A DNA stretch of 60,053 nt from a phage. Where the stretch lies: assembly GCA_012409925.1 (NCBI GenBank), contig GCA_012409925.1_4804.1; one strand, 5' to 3'. The notes under the pieces are model-generated. The model was not told the origin of the DNA. It searched no databases and saw only the letters and a list, made by a program, of their open reading frames with translations. Each line of letters opens with the position of its first letter. The first letter of the stretch is position 1. Shown piece after piece: positions 9,628 to 19,218 of this stretch. The translations under genes and the position numbers were made by a program.

Positions 9628-11166
9628 TTAGATAAGAACGTCACGACCTTCAACGCGACGCACAGCATCATCTTTAGAGTAGATTAGCGTGTATGTTGCA
9701 TAGTATTCGGTGCGCCCATCGGAAGTGGTTTCAGTATCAAAATCTACAGTCAGCCAGTAACCGATAGTTTCAACCTGCCGCCAAGCAGTGTTGTCACCGG
9801 AAGTTTGCGTGATGTATTGTTTCTGAATCTCAGTCAGCGCCTTGCCAACAGAGATGGTGCCGTTCACTTTTGCGTTATCCACAGCAACCTGAATCATGGC
9901 TTGCACAGTCGCTTTCCCTTCTTCGTTAGCAGGGACGCGACCCAGATTCAAGAACATGCTGAACAGCTGAGAAGTGATAGCAGATTTAAGCCACATCTCG
10001 TTGGCATAAGTGTTCATGTCAACTGCTGCGGTAGACCCGCCCATCAGAACACCACGCTGGAAGAACGCGAGAGTTTGACCAGCTTGCTGAGTCGCACCGA
10101 TATAGTTTGCACGGTTTTGATCAGCAGTATCTGCGCGTGAATCAGTCGATACGGTTACATTTCGCGTTTCAAACTGATAATACATGTAGTTTTGAGTTGC
10201 ATTTACAGTGTTATAGTTTGTCGCCGCAAGAATTTCAGCAGGTGCCTGGTCGATGTAATCATTAGCGAGGTTAGTTGCACGGATCATCATACCAACGCCT
10301 GAGTAACCTTTCAACGCGGTATAGTATGAGCCGATGTTGGCGAATGCAGTCGAGAACAGATACATGTACATGTTGTTCTGCGAGTGAGTCCAAGCTGCAA
10401 CGGCTGTGATTTCTTCCAGCGTTCGGTCTGCTCCAGCGAAAAGGAATGAGCCAAAGTTGTTGGAAATCTCCACAGATGCCGCGATGGCTTCTACCGGACT
10501 TGCTACACCCTGGCCAGCAACCGTAACGGTGCCAGTAGTCGTCCAACCAAGCGCCTGAGATGGGTCTGTCGGTTGACCTGTGACGTTAATCGAAAGGTTT
10601 CCAGCACCAGCGGTCGACGTAGCGGCTTCCAAAGTGAACTGCTGGGTGTTGGCATTCCAATACACTTCTGCATCAGCAAGTGCAGGCACCGACGTGCCAC
10701 CTTCTGCTGCAAACTTGGTGTTGATTGCCGTTTCCAAAAGTTCCGCTACGTTGGCAAGGCTTGTTGCCGCTGAAAGGTTGATGGCGTCAGTCAGGTAGTC
10801 TGTGCCGTCATAAGTGATGCTTAAGATAGCGCCAGTGAATGCCTGGAAAGTAGCAAGCGTTTTAGGCTCAGTGTCGCCGATAACCATTGCAGGAATCGCC
10901 GTGGATACAACGCGAGAAAAGCTGATTGAATCAGGCGAGTTGATTTGCTTGCTGATGAATCCGAAATACAGTGCTGCACGCTTGTATTCTTCGGAAGAAA
11001 AACCGAAATATGATCCAACGGCATCAGCAGTTGAAAATTCTGCTACAATGCCTGGCGGCAGGACTGTATTGGAAGTCATGATGCGAAGCGACAGTTTGCG
11101 AACTGCAACAGCCGCGCCTGCTCCGACCCCTGATACAATTTTAATATAACGAGATTGACTGATCAC
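9628..11166 (-). CDS. large tail structural protein, 512 aa (sheath-like candidate)
   Basis: ORF track; size and position (between head-tail joining genes and tube-like gene) fit a contractile-tail sheath; no sequence signature confirmed by eye. Confidence 0.35.
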   Translation of the reverse strand: MISQSRYIKIVSGVGAGAAVAVRKLSLRIMTSNTVLPPGIVAEFSTADAVGSYFGFSSEEYKRAALYFGFISKQINSPDSISFSRVVSTAIPAMVIGDTEPKTLATFQAFTGAILSITYDGTDYLTDAINLSAATSLANVAELLETAINTKFAAEGGTSVPALADAEVYWNANTQQFTLEAATSTAGAGNLSINVTGQPTDPSQALGWTTTGTVTVAGQGVASPVEAIAASVEISNNFGSFLFAGADRTLEEITAVAAWTHSQNNMYMYLFSTAFANIGSYYTALKGYSGVGMMIRATNLANDYIDQAPAEILAATNYNTVNATQNYMYYQFETRNVTVSTDSRADTADQNRANYIGATQQAGQTLAFFQRGVLMGGSTAAVDMNTYANEMWLKSAITSQLFSMFLNLGRVPANEEGKATVQAMIQVAVDNAKVNGTISVGKALTEIQKQYITQTSGDNTAWRQVETIGYWLTVDFDTETTSDGRTEYYATYTLIYSKDDAVRRVEGRDVLI

Positions 11167-11178
11167 GTCGGTGTCCTC

Positions 11179-11664
11179 TTATTTAATGACTTGGCTGCTG
11201 ACAGATTGCCACATGAGGCTAGTGTGAATCAAAGGCTTGTCGAATCCCTTCACACGTACAGTATATCTGGCATTTGGTTGCCACGGTCCGTTTTTAATTG
11301 ATTCGACAATCTTTGCTTCCATCGCAAGCCCAATTTGACCCAATGCCTGTCTAGCGTCTATTTTACCGGAAAAAATCTTTTTAGCAATTTTATTCTCTAT
11401 TTCACTGCGCTCACTAACGAATAATTCATAGGCATATCTCATGAATGGTCTGGGTGGCACTTCTACCCTGACTGGGCCTTGTCCAAAGTTCAAAACGGCT
11501 ATGTGACCAAACTCGTTAAGCCGCGCGACTTCTGACACCAGTATTCCTTCTCCACCAGTTTCTGAAGGGTATCTGGTAGAATCAAACCATCCTGCCTCAA
11601 CAGTAAGACCCTTCATAGACTGAAGCGCCTTAATCTGTTTTTCTATCATTTTTGATTTTGTCAT
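11179..11664 (-). CDS. hypothetical head-tail joining/virion protein
   Basis: ORF track frame; start moved to internal ATG (MTKSKMIEKQ...) abutting the stop of the upstream gene. Confidence 0.4.
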   Translation of the reverse strand: MTKSKMIEKQIKALQSMKGLTVEAGWFDSTRYPSETGGEGILVSEVARLNEFGHIAVLNFGQGPVRVEVPPRPFMRYAYELFVSERSEIENKIAKKIFSGKIDARQALGQIGLAMEAKIVESIKNGPWQPNARYTVRVKGFDKPLIHTSLMWQSVSSQVIK

Positions 11665-11665
11665 A

Positions 11666-12247
11666 TTACACCGGAATATCACCCAAATCATTATTAACAG
11701 CTCTTGCAACAGCAGGAGTATCAATTGAAATTGCGTTTCTGTGAAGTATTACCAAATCAAAAGAAGGGAATGATTCAAATTGCGACATGTCATCATAAAA
11801 CTTTTCATTATTATTCATGTCGATTCGATATACTGATGCCTGATGCTTGTTGAACCAATCCCTCAAATTCGCTTTATGAGTTATGAATCTTGCCAAATAA
11901 GTCAATACGTCATTAGCAGTAGGCTTTTCTGGATTGCCAGGAACTTCTGGAAATAAGCCGCTGATTTGAAAACGTGTAGCGTATATTTGATCTTCAATAT
12001 CTTTGAATTTTCCGTTTACAAATTGAGACTCATCATTGACAAATTCACTTTTCCTCATGGACCATCCAAACGGAACTGAGAATAAAAGGTTAAACCAAAT
12101 TTGGTCACCAGTCGGAATACCCTGTTGAGTCGGTTGATACTTTTTCTGGACCGGAACAGCAGAAAGGTCTGCACGACTATACGCCGCCAGACCTTCTTCA
12201 ATTCGCGTTGCCAGCATGTCAATCAGGTCGACATCTGTCATATACAC
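11666..12247 (-). CDS. hypothetical head-tail joining/virion protein, 193 aa
   Basis: ORF track; packed between capsid and tail modules. Confidence 0.45.
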   Translation of the reverse strand: MYMTDVDLIDMLATRIEEGLAAYSRADLSAVPVQKKYQPTQQGIPTGDQIWFNLLFSVPFGWSMRKSEFVNDESQFVNGKFKDIEDQIYATRFQISGLFPEVPGNPEKPTANDVLTYLARFITHKANLRDWFNKHQASVYRIDMNNNEKFYDDMSQFESFPSFDLVILHRNAISIDTPAVARAVNNDLGDIPV

Positions 12248-12248
12248 C

Positions 12249-12635
12249 TCAAGTAGACACTGGAAAGCTTTGTTTTACTTCCACGGCAAGGCAAGACGTC
12301 CAACCATCTTGGTCAAACCATGTCGTTTCATCTTCCATCTTGTACGTTTTGCCACCAAACACAAAATAGTCGCCGGAAGCGTCGCGGTCAAGGTCAACAA
12401 TGTCTTTGTCCACCCAGATTTTGACATAGTTCTTTTGAAGCTCTAAACCAAGCTCAACGTATTGGTTTCGAAGTACAGCCTGCACCGAAGCAAGTAAAGT
12501 GATTGGTTCTTCATATGTAGTGACATAGTTGCGCATCTTATCAAGGGTGCGCCCCTTGTACATGTAATATTGAATCGGTTGGCGACCGATAACCTTTGTC
12601 GCAACTCGATATAAGTTTACGCCAGGAATCCTCAC
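12249..12635 (-). CDS. hypothetical head-tail joining/virion protein, 128 aa
   Basis: ORF track. Confidence 0.45.
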   Translation of the reverse strand: MRIPGVNLYRVATKVIGRQPIQYYMYKGRTLDKMRNYVTTYEEPITLLASVQAVLRNQYVELGLELQKNYVKIWVDKDIVDLDRDASGDYFVFGGKTYKMEDETTWFDQDGWTSCLAVEVKQSFPVST

Positions 12636-13096
12636 CAGAATACCCCACCAATTTTACGGAATCCTTCACGCTCTGGAAGACCGCCGAATGACAAGCCGCC
12701 AACGGCCAGTGCTTGAAGAAGCGCCCACAGCGCCATGCCATATGGAGTGCTTGATAGCCAGTATTCCCAGCCATCACTCGCAGGCGGCGCGACTTTGTTC
12801 ACTGTGATGTCACCAATTGTTGCGCCAGTCACGAAGCCGCCTTGTTCAACTCCGTCACCAGAAGACACAGACACTTGTTGGTCTGCGGCTATGCATAAAA
12901 GATGAGCCGTCATATATTCCAATGCCAGCTCCAATTTACTGCCATTTAAAACACGACAAGGACTGTCTTGTGATTCAATAAATTCACATGCCATGTCATA
13001 GAATACTTGAAGTGTTGTGTCAGGGAATTTAACCTGATCAGCAAACTGTGGAAATTTAATTCTGAACTTTTCGTAATCTAATGACATGGCATTCAC
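12632..13096 (-). CDS. hypothetical head-tail joining/virion protein, 154 aa
   Basis: ORF track; ATGA-type overlap with downstream gene. Confidence 0.45.
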   Translation of the reverse strand: MNAMSLDYEKFRIKFPQFADQVKFPDTTLQVFYDMACEFIESQDSPCRVLNGSKLELALEYMTAHLLCIAADQQVSVSSGDGVEQGGFVTGATIGDITVNKVAPPASDGWEYWLSSTPYGMALWALLQALAVGGLSFGGLPEREGFRKIGGVFW

Positions 13097-13101
13097 CTTA
13101 T

Positions 13102-13566
13102 TTAAACGCGGAACAAATCATCTTCTTGGTCGCCGCTCAATTTTACCTTGATGCGCTTGTCAGCAGTTTCGCGCGTCATAGGCGCAAACGGGTCGTCTGA
13201 CATGCTGCGAACTTCTTTAGCGACGGCTTTGTGGTTGCCAACAATGTCGTGATTTACGACTTTCACCAAACCTTTTTCAAGATGCTGCTTAAACACGTGA
13301 TGATCTTTCAGATGCTCAAAATCTGCATCGCTTACAACGGTGACGATTCCTTCAGGAGTCCACAAAGGTGCACCGTCAGCGCCTTTTGCCATTTCACCAA
13401 AGCCGGAAGTTGCTGAAGTAAGACCAGCGCCGCCCTTGATTAGAATCTGTTTGCGAATATTTGGAAGAGCGCCTGAACCAGCTTTTGCATTCGGGTTTTC
13501 TTTCACTTCCGTATAGAAAGTGTAGTTAACTGACATAGACATAGTTGAAACGATGTATTTTGACAT
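13102..13566 (-). CDS. hypothetical virion protein, 154 aa
   Basis: ORF track; first gene downstream of capsid gene. Confidence 0.45.
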   Translation of the reverse strand: MSKYIVSTMSMSVNYTFYTEVKENPNAKAGSGALPNIRKQILIKGGAGLTSATSGFGEMAKGADGAPLWTPEGIVTVVSDADFEHLKDHHVFKQHLEKGLVKVVNHDIVGNHKAVAKEVRSMSDDPFAPMTRETADKRIKVKLSGDQEDDLFRV

Positions 13567-13681
13567 TTTGTAGTCCTATTTATATAAGCCTCAGATAAGC
13601 CCCTACAGCCCTTGAGGTCTATTGATATGGGGCGAAGCCTTTCGACCACGCCCCATGTGTTTTACTGTGTAATCACAGCAA

Positions 13682-14821
13682 TTAAATACCAGTCATACGG
13701 ACGACTGCGAACGGACGCTTGAGCAGAACGCCTGCTGTTGCGTTTGCGTAGTCTTCAACGTAGCTCTTAGCACGCTTTTCAACGCCCAGAGTCATGAACT
13801 TGGTTTGAACCAGCTGACTGAATACGGAACCATCATCGCTTGAACCATCGATTGAGGAATCGATGTGATCAGCGTACAGGTATGCCACGTTCAAGAAAGT
13901 CGGGTCACTGCCAAGTGCGCCGTTGAGTTCCGGTGCAGATTTGATCTTCATCTTCGGATAAGTCTGGGTGATCCAGTCACGTACAGAAATACCGAAGTCA
14001 GTGGTGTTGGACAGCCAATCGATAGAGTTAGTCGGCAGCGCCAGAGTCATGTCAACTTTCTCTGGATCAATCTGGTCCTGAGAGTTCACACGAATTTGAC
14101 GAACCATCAAACGGATGTCTGCAGTTACCTGTTGGAAAGTCGCAGTAGCCCAGCCGGAAGTGGTGTTGGAAGTCATCGCTGCTGGCAGGTTTGGATCATT
14201 CAGGAAGCCGAATGTGCGGTTGTTCCCGTTGTACCAACCATAGAAGCCGATTGCGTTACGCATGATTTCCAGAGATACAGCAGCCTGCTGGCGCTTGGTT
14301 TCTGCGGAGTTCAGACGCATAGCGGATGCGCGGCCTTCTTCCAGCATACCAACTGCCATGCCCATTTCGCCACGAACGATAGAACGACGTTCAAAGTTTA
14401 CGTTCCAGCTTGCCAGAGGAATAGATGTGAAATCACCATATTCAACTGCGGTGCCAGCTGGTTCAACAATGCCCTGAACGATTTCTGCATCTTCCCACTG
14501 ACCAACGGTATCAATACCAACCAGCTCGTCGATTTTACGAGCAGCGGTCATGATTTTGACGAAGCCAGGCAGCCACTGCTGCAGGAATTGCAACGGGGTC
14601 GGGATTGACGGAGTAGTCTGCGGCGCAGTAAACGCGGCGTCACCTACGCGGAAAGCGCCTGCACGGTTTAAGTGCTCAATCTGATCACGCACAATCGCGG
14701 AATCAAACACAATACCGATACGAGCAAGCTGGGAAACAGCCGCGTCAGTAACGGATTGCATATCAAAAGGGCGCACCTTGCTCGCTGGGAGGCGAGAGTG
14801 TGTTTGGCTAATGCGAGTCAT
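13682..14821 (-). CDS. major capsid protein candidate, 379 aa
   Basis: Third gene of a protease/scaffold - small protein - ~380-aa protein triad as seen in many phage head modules; size fits HK97-fold capsid proteins; by position. Confidence 0.5.
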   Translation of the reverse strand: MTRISQTHSRLPASKVRPFDMQSVTDAAVSQLARIGIVFDSAIVRDQIEHLNRAGAFRVGDAAFTAPQTTPSIPTPLQFLQQWLPGFVKIMTAARKIDELVGIDTVGQWEDAEIVQGIVEPAGTAVEYGDFTSIPLASWNVNFERRSIVRGEMGMAVGMLEEGRASAMRLNSAETKRQQAAVSLEIMRNAIGFYGWYNGNNRTFGFLNDPNLPAAMTSNTTSGWATATFQQVTADIRLMVRQIRVNSQDQIDPEKVDMTLALPTNSIDWLSNTTDFGISVRDWITQTYPKMKIKSAPELNGALGSDPTFLNVAYLYADHIDSSIDGSSDDGSVFSQLVQTKFMTLGVEKRAKSYVEDYANATAGVLLKRPFAVVRMTGI

Positions 14822-14835
14822 TATTCACCTGCCTA

Positions 14836-15453
14836 TTAACGAGTCAATTGTACAATGGTATAAGTGGAAGACTGGACGCTTGGGCCGGAAAGGGCAATAG
14901 CAGTCGGGTCAATCACGATACCGCCTGGAATGGCAACCATGCCAGTTGGCAGTGAGCCAGTATAGGCGATAATTGCACCGATAGGCAAGTTGTTCGGGTT
15001 GTTACCGCTGGAAATGCCTTTAGGTACATAAGCGAGCAGGTCGCCGTAGTTCAGCGTCTGCGGACTGGTGCTTGGGTTGAATACTTCAACTACGAGGCCC
15101 GTGCACATATCATAGAACTCGCCTTCGCTATATTGAGGCAGAACCATGCTGGCACCCAAAGGACCAGTAGAGTTGCCATACAGAGCGTAACGCTTGCTGT
15201 TGCCAAGGATGCCATAGTAATTGGTGCCGCCCAGTTCAACTTCAAAGTCCTGCGCGCCCAAGGTTTTGGTTTGGCCAGTACCCATTAATGACACGTCAGC
15301 CTTAAAACCAAACACACGGCTGATGGCGTTTACGTTTGCACCGTCGTTGGCGCTAACGATTCGGCCTGGCTTCCCACGCTGTGGGCCGTCGCGAACGATG
15401 TCGCCAGGAAAGCCAGTTGTATATTGACGGCCTACACTAGTTTGGAAAGTCAT
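14836..15453 (-). CDS. head-module protein, 205 aa (decoration/structural candidate)
   Basis: ORF track frame; start moved to internal ATG (MTFQTSVGRQY...) so it no longer overlaps the scaffold gene. Confidence 0.4.
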   Translation of the reverse strand: MTFQTSVGRQYTTGFPGDIVRDGPQRGKPGRIVSANDGANVNAISRVFGFKADVSLMGTGQTKTLGAQDFEVELGGTNYYGILGNSKRYALYGNSTGPLGASMVLPQYSEGEFYDMCTGLVVEVFNPSTSPQTLNYGDLLAYVPKGISSGNNPNNLPIGAIIAYTGSLPTGMVAIPGGIVIDPTAIALSGPSVQSSTYTIVQLTR

Positions 15454-15455
15454 GT

Positions 15456-16874
15456 TTATTCCCCTTTCAACCAAGCTTCAAATGCTTCGTCAGTTGCTGC
15501 AGAATCCGCAGCGGCCTTTTGTTTTGCGACTACACGCTGTTTTTGACCGTGCTCAACGCCGCGCAGATAATTATCCACCACGTCAAACTCAGCACCATCA
15601 ACGCACTTCAAGCCTAACTTTTTAGCGCCATATTTCGCTACGGACTTGGAGTCCATAGTTGCATGATCAAAGGCACCAACAACTTTAGACAGGCGCTGGT
15701 AGAGGCTATTCTTACGAGCAGAATCAGCGTAGAAAGCAGCAACTGCTGAATCAGATGCCATTGAGTGTTCCCCTTTTGCTGGACCTGGCGACGCTTTCGC
15801 CGCTTTTGTCGGTTTGTCATCTTTTTCGACCGAAGCCCCCTTTACGTTGCTGTTTTGCAGGCCGCTAACCACATCTTCAGCTTTGTCGCAAGGTGATACA
15901 TCTTCAGCCTTGACTTCAACTTCTTCGTCTTTGACTTCGGCTTCAACTTCTTCTTCATCACCTACCGCGCCACCTTTCAGTTTTGCAATAAGTGCTTCGA
16001 TTTGGCTGATCAGTTGCGGAAGCTCGCCGCCAGCGTGAGATTCAGTTTCAACTTCAAACTTCTCTTCACCTTCTGGAGTCTCTTCAGCTTCTGCTTTAAC
16101 TTCTGGATCAACCATCACTTCTTCACGTTCTTCGGTTGAATCCTTCTCTTCTGCTTTCACTTCAACTTCGTCCTGATGAGCCGCTTCGGTGCTCTCTTCA
16201 TTCAGAAATTGTTCGAGCGCAGGGATCAGTGATTTCAGCTGTTCAACAGCATTATCACGCGCTTTACCTTTTAACGGTTTTGGCATGTCTAAATCCTCGT
16301 TGGATGGTGTTACAGTCGTCAAACAAAGATGGTCAAAGCAACGACCATCCAGCACCCGTGCACCTGGTACTCGACCAACGTCCACGAGAGCAATGTGGTT
16401 GCCGCGAAGAGTTGTCTGTACCACTTCATACGGCTGCCCGTCAAACTCTCCAGACTGTATGATGAATTCACAGTCATAGCCCAAAGACAAGTCAACCTTT
16501 CCAGAATCGATGGCCTTCTTCAGACGACGGCTAAAAACTTTAAGGTCGCCGCGCATCCATGGCTTGTCATAATAAACATTGCCAGTTAGAACGCCATCAA
16601 CGCCATACTCTTCGGGTGCTGTGTTATCCTCATCACCTTCGAATCCAGAAAGCATTTCGTGATTGTCGATGAAAGGGATATTTTTGAATGAATCTATCGC
16701 TTCGGGGTCTTTCACCGCTGACTCTGGGCGATAAACTTTTACGATGCGATTCGGATCACCATCAAGTCCAACCTGACCTGCAGAATAATCAAAAATGCCA
16801 AATGACGAAATGGGACAACCCACAATCGTCAAGAATCCATTTTTGTCAATTTCGCGTGCCGTTTGCATTCGCAT
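15456..16874 (-). CDS. prohead protease/scaffold-like protein, 472 aa
   Basis: Globular N-terminal ~170 aa followed by a highly acidic low-complexity region (DEEEVEAEVKDEEVEVKAED...) typical of scaffolding proteins. Confidence 0.45.
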   Translation of the reverse strand: MRMQTAREIDKNGFLTIVGCPISSFGIFDYSAGQVGLDGDPNRIVKVYRPESAVKDPEAIDSFKNIPFIDNHEMLSGFEGDEDNTAPEEYGVDGVLTGNVYYDKPWMRGDLKVFSRRLKKAIDSGKVDLSLGYDCEFIIQSGEFDGQPYEVVQTTLRGNHIALVDVGRVPGARVLDGRCFDHLCLTTVTPSNEDLDMPKPLKGKARDNAVEQLKSLIPALEQFLNEESTEAAHQDEVEVKAEEKDSTEEREEVMVDPEVKAEAEETPEGEEKFEVETESHAGGELPQLISQIEALIAKLKGGAVGDEEEVEAEVKDEEVEVKAEDVSPCDKAEDVVSGLQNSNVKGASVEKDDKPTKAAKASPGPAKGEHSMASDSAVAAFYADSARKNSLYQRLSKVVGAFDHATMDSKSVAKYGAKKLGLKCVDGAEFDVVDNYLRGVEHGQKQRVVAKQKAAADSAATDEAFEAWLKGE

Positions 16875-16984
16875 CCACCCTCAAATAAGTATTGTGTATT
16901 ATATCTAATGAAAAAAACTTAGGCAAACAATAATTATGGTTTGAATATGTATAACAACCGATATAGCCGCGCCTTAATTAGTGT

Positions 16985-17260
16985 GATACGGATGATACGG
17001 ATAAAATGAGGCGTATTTTTATCCGTATCGGTGTATAAGCCGCGCTATCACTGGTGTGCTACGGATGATACGGATGATACGGATACTTTTCATATATAAG
17101 AGTTTATAAAAAAATAAAATTAAATTAGATATATAATTTTAAATTAATTTATTTGAATTCCTATATAGTACGGCGGCAACGCGTATCATCCGTATCATCC
17201 GTAAGATTCTTTTGAAAACAACAACTTACTTGATACGGATGATACGTCATTATACGTATA
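16985..17260. repeat. iteron cluster A: about 10 copies of GATACGGAT/ATCCGTATC in both orientations flanking a ~70-bp AT-rich block
   Basis: Direct reading: tandem copies at 16985-17002 and 17061-17086; inverse copies at 17021-17029 and 17182-17205; further copies 17232-17250; AT-rich block 17091-17170. Confidence 0.8.
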
Positions 17261-17437
17261 AAACTCGCGGCAATCCTTTGCCGATGAATTCAGTGAATAT
17301 TAAATAGCACTCCTGCCACTAAAACGCCAATCAACATCGAGTCATAAACAGCCCATTTCCAAGAAAGCAAAGAGTTGCAATTAATATTTCGCACTTTAAC
17401 ATAACGTGACTGAATAATCTTTTGCATAACTTCCTCT

Positions 17438-18358
17438 TTAGTTCAGCTTAATTGCGGTGATCTGTCCGTAAACGGTAGATGTCAACGCGTCGGTGCATTG
17501 ATAGTTTAAATACACATTACCAGGCGCGGCAAGAGTAATTACTTTTGTTGGGATGTTGCCGCCGAAGCGACCTGCAGTCCGAATGCCAGCTGACATGGCA
17601 AATGCATCATCCGTAATATCTGAATTGCTTGTTGACAATTTGACTGTAATTCCGGTATTCGCTTGAACGCCTGCTGTCGCGACAGTCAACTGACTTGCTG
17701 TTACAAGCCATTTCCCTGCAGGAAGGTTTAAGGTTGCCAGATTGACCAAAGTTGTTGGAGGATTGCTGACGCTATTAGTGGCATTCTGGACGGTACTTGC
17801 TGCTGCATTAAGCACACCAGACCCATCAATTGATAGAGTTGTACCGACCTTTACGCCGCCTAAAGTAGATGCTGAGGCAATCGGCAATGAGTATTGGGTG
17901 ACGCTGATTGTACCATCACCTGCTACGCTTATTCCGGTGCCTATTTTGACGCCACCAAGAACGGAAGCTGTTGCCGCTGGTAACGTGTATTGGTTGCCGC
18001 TGGTTTTCACAACTTTGACTGCGACAGCGTTTTTCGACCCTCCAGACTCCATACCTATGATCACTGCTTCACCAAAAGCAATGGTGATTGTTGATGCAGT
18101 CAAGCCAGTTTGAACGTCTGTGATGTTCATCTTAGGCACAGACAATGTCAGGTTAGGCTTGCTGGTCGAATCGCCATCATTGCCAATCATAAAGAATTGA
18201 CCTACTGAGTTATACCCTGATGCAAGCGGCGGGCTCAGTGGAACCATCAAGTTTTTATCAGAAGTGAATTCTGAGACAATTGCCAAGCCATTAGCATACA
18301 CCGCAGGCAAGACTGGAGTTTGTCCAGATAGAGGGAATGTGTTGATTGGTATCGTCAT
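17438..18358 (-). CDS. virion protein with two internal ~33-aa tandem repeats
   Basis: ORF track frame; start moved to ATG at 18358 (GAGG RBS); repeats YTLPAATASVLGGVKIGTGISVAGDGTISV / YSLPIASASTLGGVKVGTTLSIDGSGVLNA. Confidence 0.45.
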   Translation of the reverse strand: MTIPINTFPLSGQTPVLPAVYANGLAIVSEFTSDKNLMVPLSPPLASGYNSVGQFFMIGNDGDSTSKPNLTLSVPKMNITDVQTGLTASTITIAFGEAVIIGMESGGSKNAVAVKVVKTSGNQYTLPAATASVLGGVKIGTGISVAGDGTISVTQYSLPIASASTLGGVKVGTTLSIDGSGVLNAAASTVQNATNSVSNPPTTLVNLATLNLPAGKWLVTASQLTVATAGVQANTGITVKLSTSNSDITDDAFAMSAGIRTAGRFGGNIPTKVITLAAPGNVYLNYQCTDALTSTVYGQITAIKLN

Positions 18359-18365
18359 AATGACC

Positions 18366-19217
18366 TCAGATAATTGGTATTTTTCTGCACTTGCAGTGTA
18401 TTGCCCATCCAGGAGGACCGATGTCACCCTTTTTGAACTTAAGTTCTCCACCTACTTCCCATAAGCGTTTGTCATCAAGCTTGAATCTCATGCCGTCGAC
18501 GTGCTCATGTGATATTCGCGGCTCTTTGCCTGCTCCTGAATGCGCCCACTCAAATTCCTCAACGCCATTCTGTCGCATCCTTTCATCACTTAATACGCAA
18601 TAAAGTTTGCTCGTTTGGTCTTTGGCGATAAGGTCTACGCGTTTTGCAGAGAATTGTTTTACATTCCTTAGTGCCGCCTGAATGCCGGATGTGCCTTGCT
18701 GCGCTGGGTCTGGCGAAGTCAGCGAAAGCATCACCGCTTCGTACACCCTGTTGTGAATATCCTCGCCAACCTTAGTCACTAGAGTCGTGTTGAACGTCTC
18801 GCTTGTTTTAAGAGTGTTCTCAACGAATTTATTATATGTGGCTTTTGGCGCTTCTATTCCTGCAGATTTAAGACTTGCGAATGTAGCAGAAGTCGCACCC
18901 TTTTCAACTGACTTGATGAAATCTGCGGCAATCTTTGACCCAACACGGGCGAATGCTTTTGCCCATTTCAGTTGAAGGCGCTTCATCAAGGTCTGAAAAG
19001 TTGAATCAGCAGAGTCTTGCGCAAAGAACCTTTTCACCTGCTTCTTTTCAAGCCACTCAGCAATGCCTGCCTGATAGTCATCAATCATCGCATAGCAAAG
19101 ACCTTTCATCTCACGACGATAGGCCATCGCAATAGCGTTGGATGGGATTATCGGACTGCCGCGCCCGATTCTATCGGGTGAGCGGCGTTCGCGTTTTTTC
19201 GAAGCTTTAAAAGCCAT
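18366..19217 (-). CDS. head morphogenesis protein, MuF-like
   Basis: Directly downstream of portal; C-terminal ...GWAIHCKCRKIP... Cys/His motif typical of Mu F-like proteins; start at ATG 19217 abutting portal stop. Confidence 0.55.
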   Translation of the reverse strand: MAFKASKKRERRSPDRIGRGSPIIPSNAIAMAYRREMKGLCYAMIDDYQAGIAEWLEKKQVKRFFAQDSADSTFQTLMKRLQLKWAKAFARVGSKIAADFIKSVEKGATSATFASLKSAGIEAPKATYNKFVENTLKTSETFNTTLVTKVGEDIHNRVYEAVMLSLTSPDPAQQGTSGIQAALRNVKQFSAKRVDLIAKDQTSKLYCVLSDERMRQNGVEEFEWAHSGAGKEPRISHEHVDGMRFKLDDKRLWEVGGELKFKKGDIGPPGWAIHCKCRKIPII

Positions 19218-19218
19218 A

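Noticed and set aside
13566-13682. Hairpin-rich 115-bp gap downstream of the capsid gene as a rho-independent terminator
   Set aside because: GC-rich inverted repeats are present (TGGGGCG...CGCCCCA) but are not followed by a clear U-run on the minus strand; left unannotated.
13865-14608. Track ORF 13865..14608 (+), 247 aa
   Set aside because: Antisense to the major-capsid candidate; Cys/His/Arg-rich; no RBS.
15814-16479. Plus-strand ORFs inside the scaffold gene (15814..16038, 16136..16462, 16189..16479, 16329..16589)
   Set aside because: Ser/Thr/Pro-rich antisense frames of the acidic scaffold region; no RBS; spurious.
16875-17437. tRNA or other small RNA gene in the large intergenic regions (16.9-17.4 kb, 29.4-30.1 kb, 33.2-34.0 kb)
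   Set aside because: Scanned by eye for T-loop consensus (GGTTCGAATCC and variants) and cloverleaf-compatible arms on both strands; none found. A structured ncRNA of another kind remains possible for 29.4-30.1 kb and is listed as a finding.
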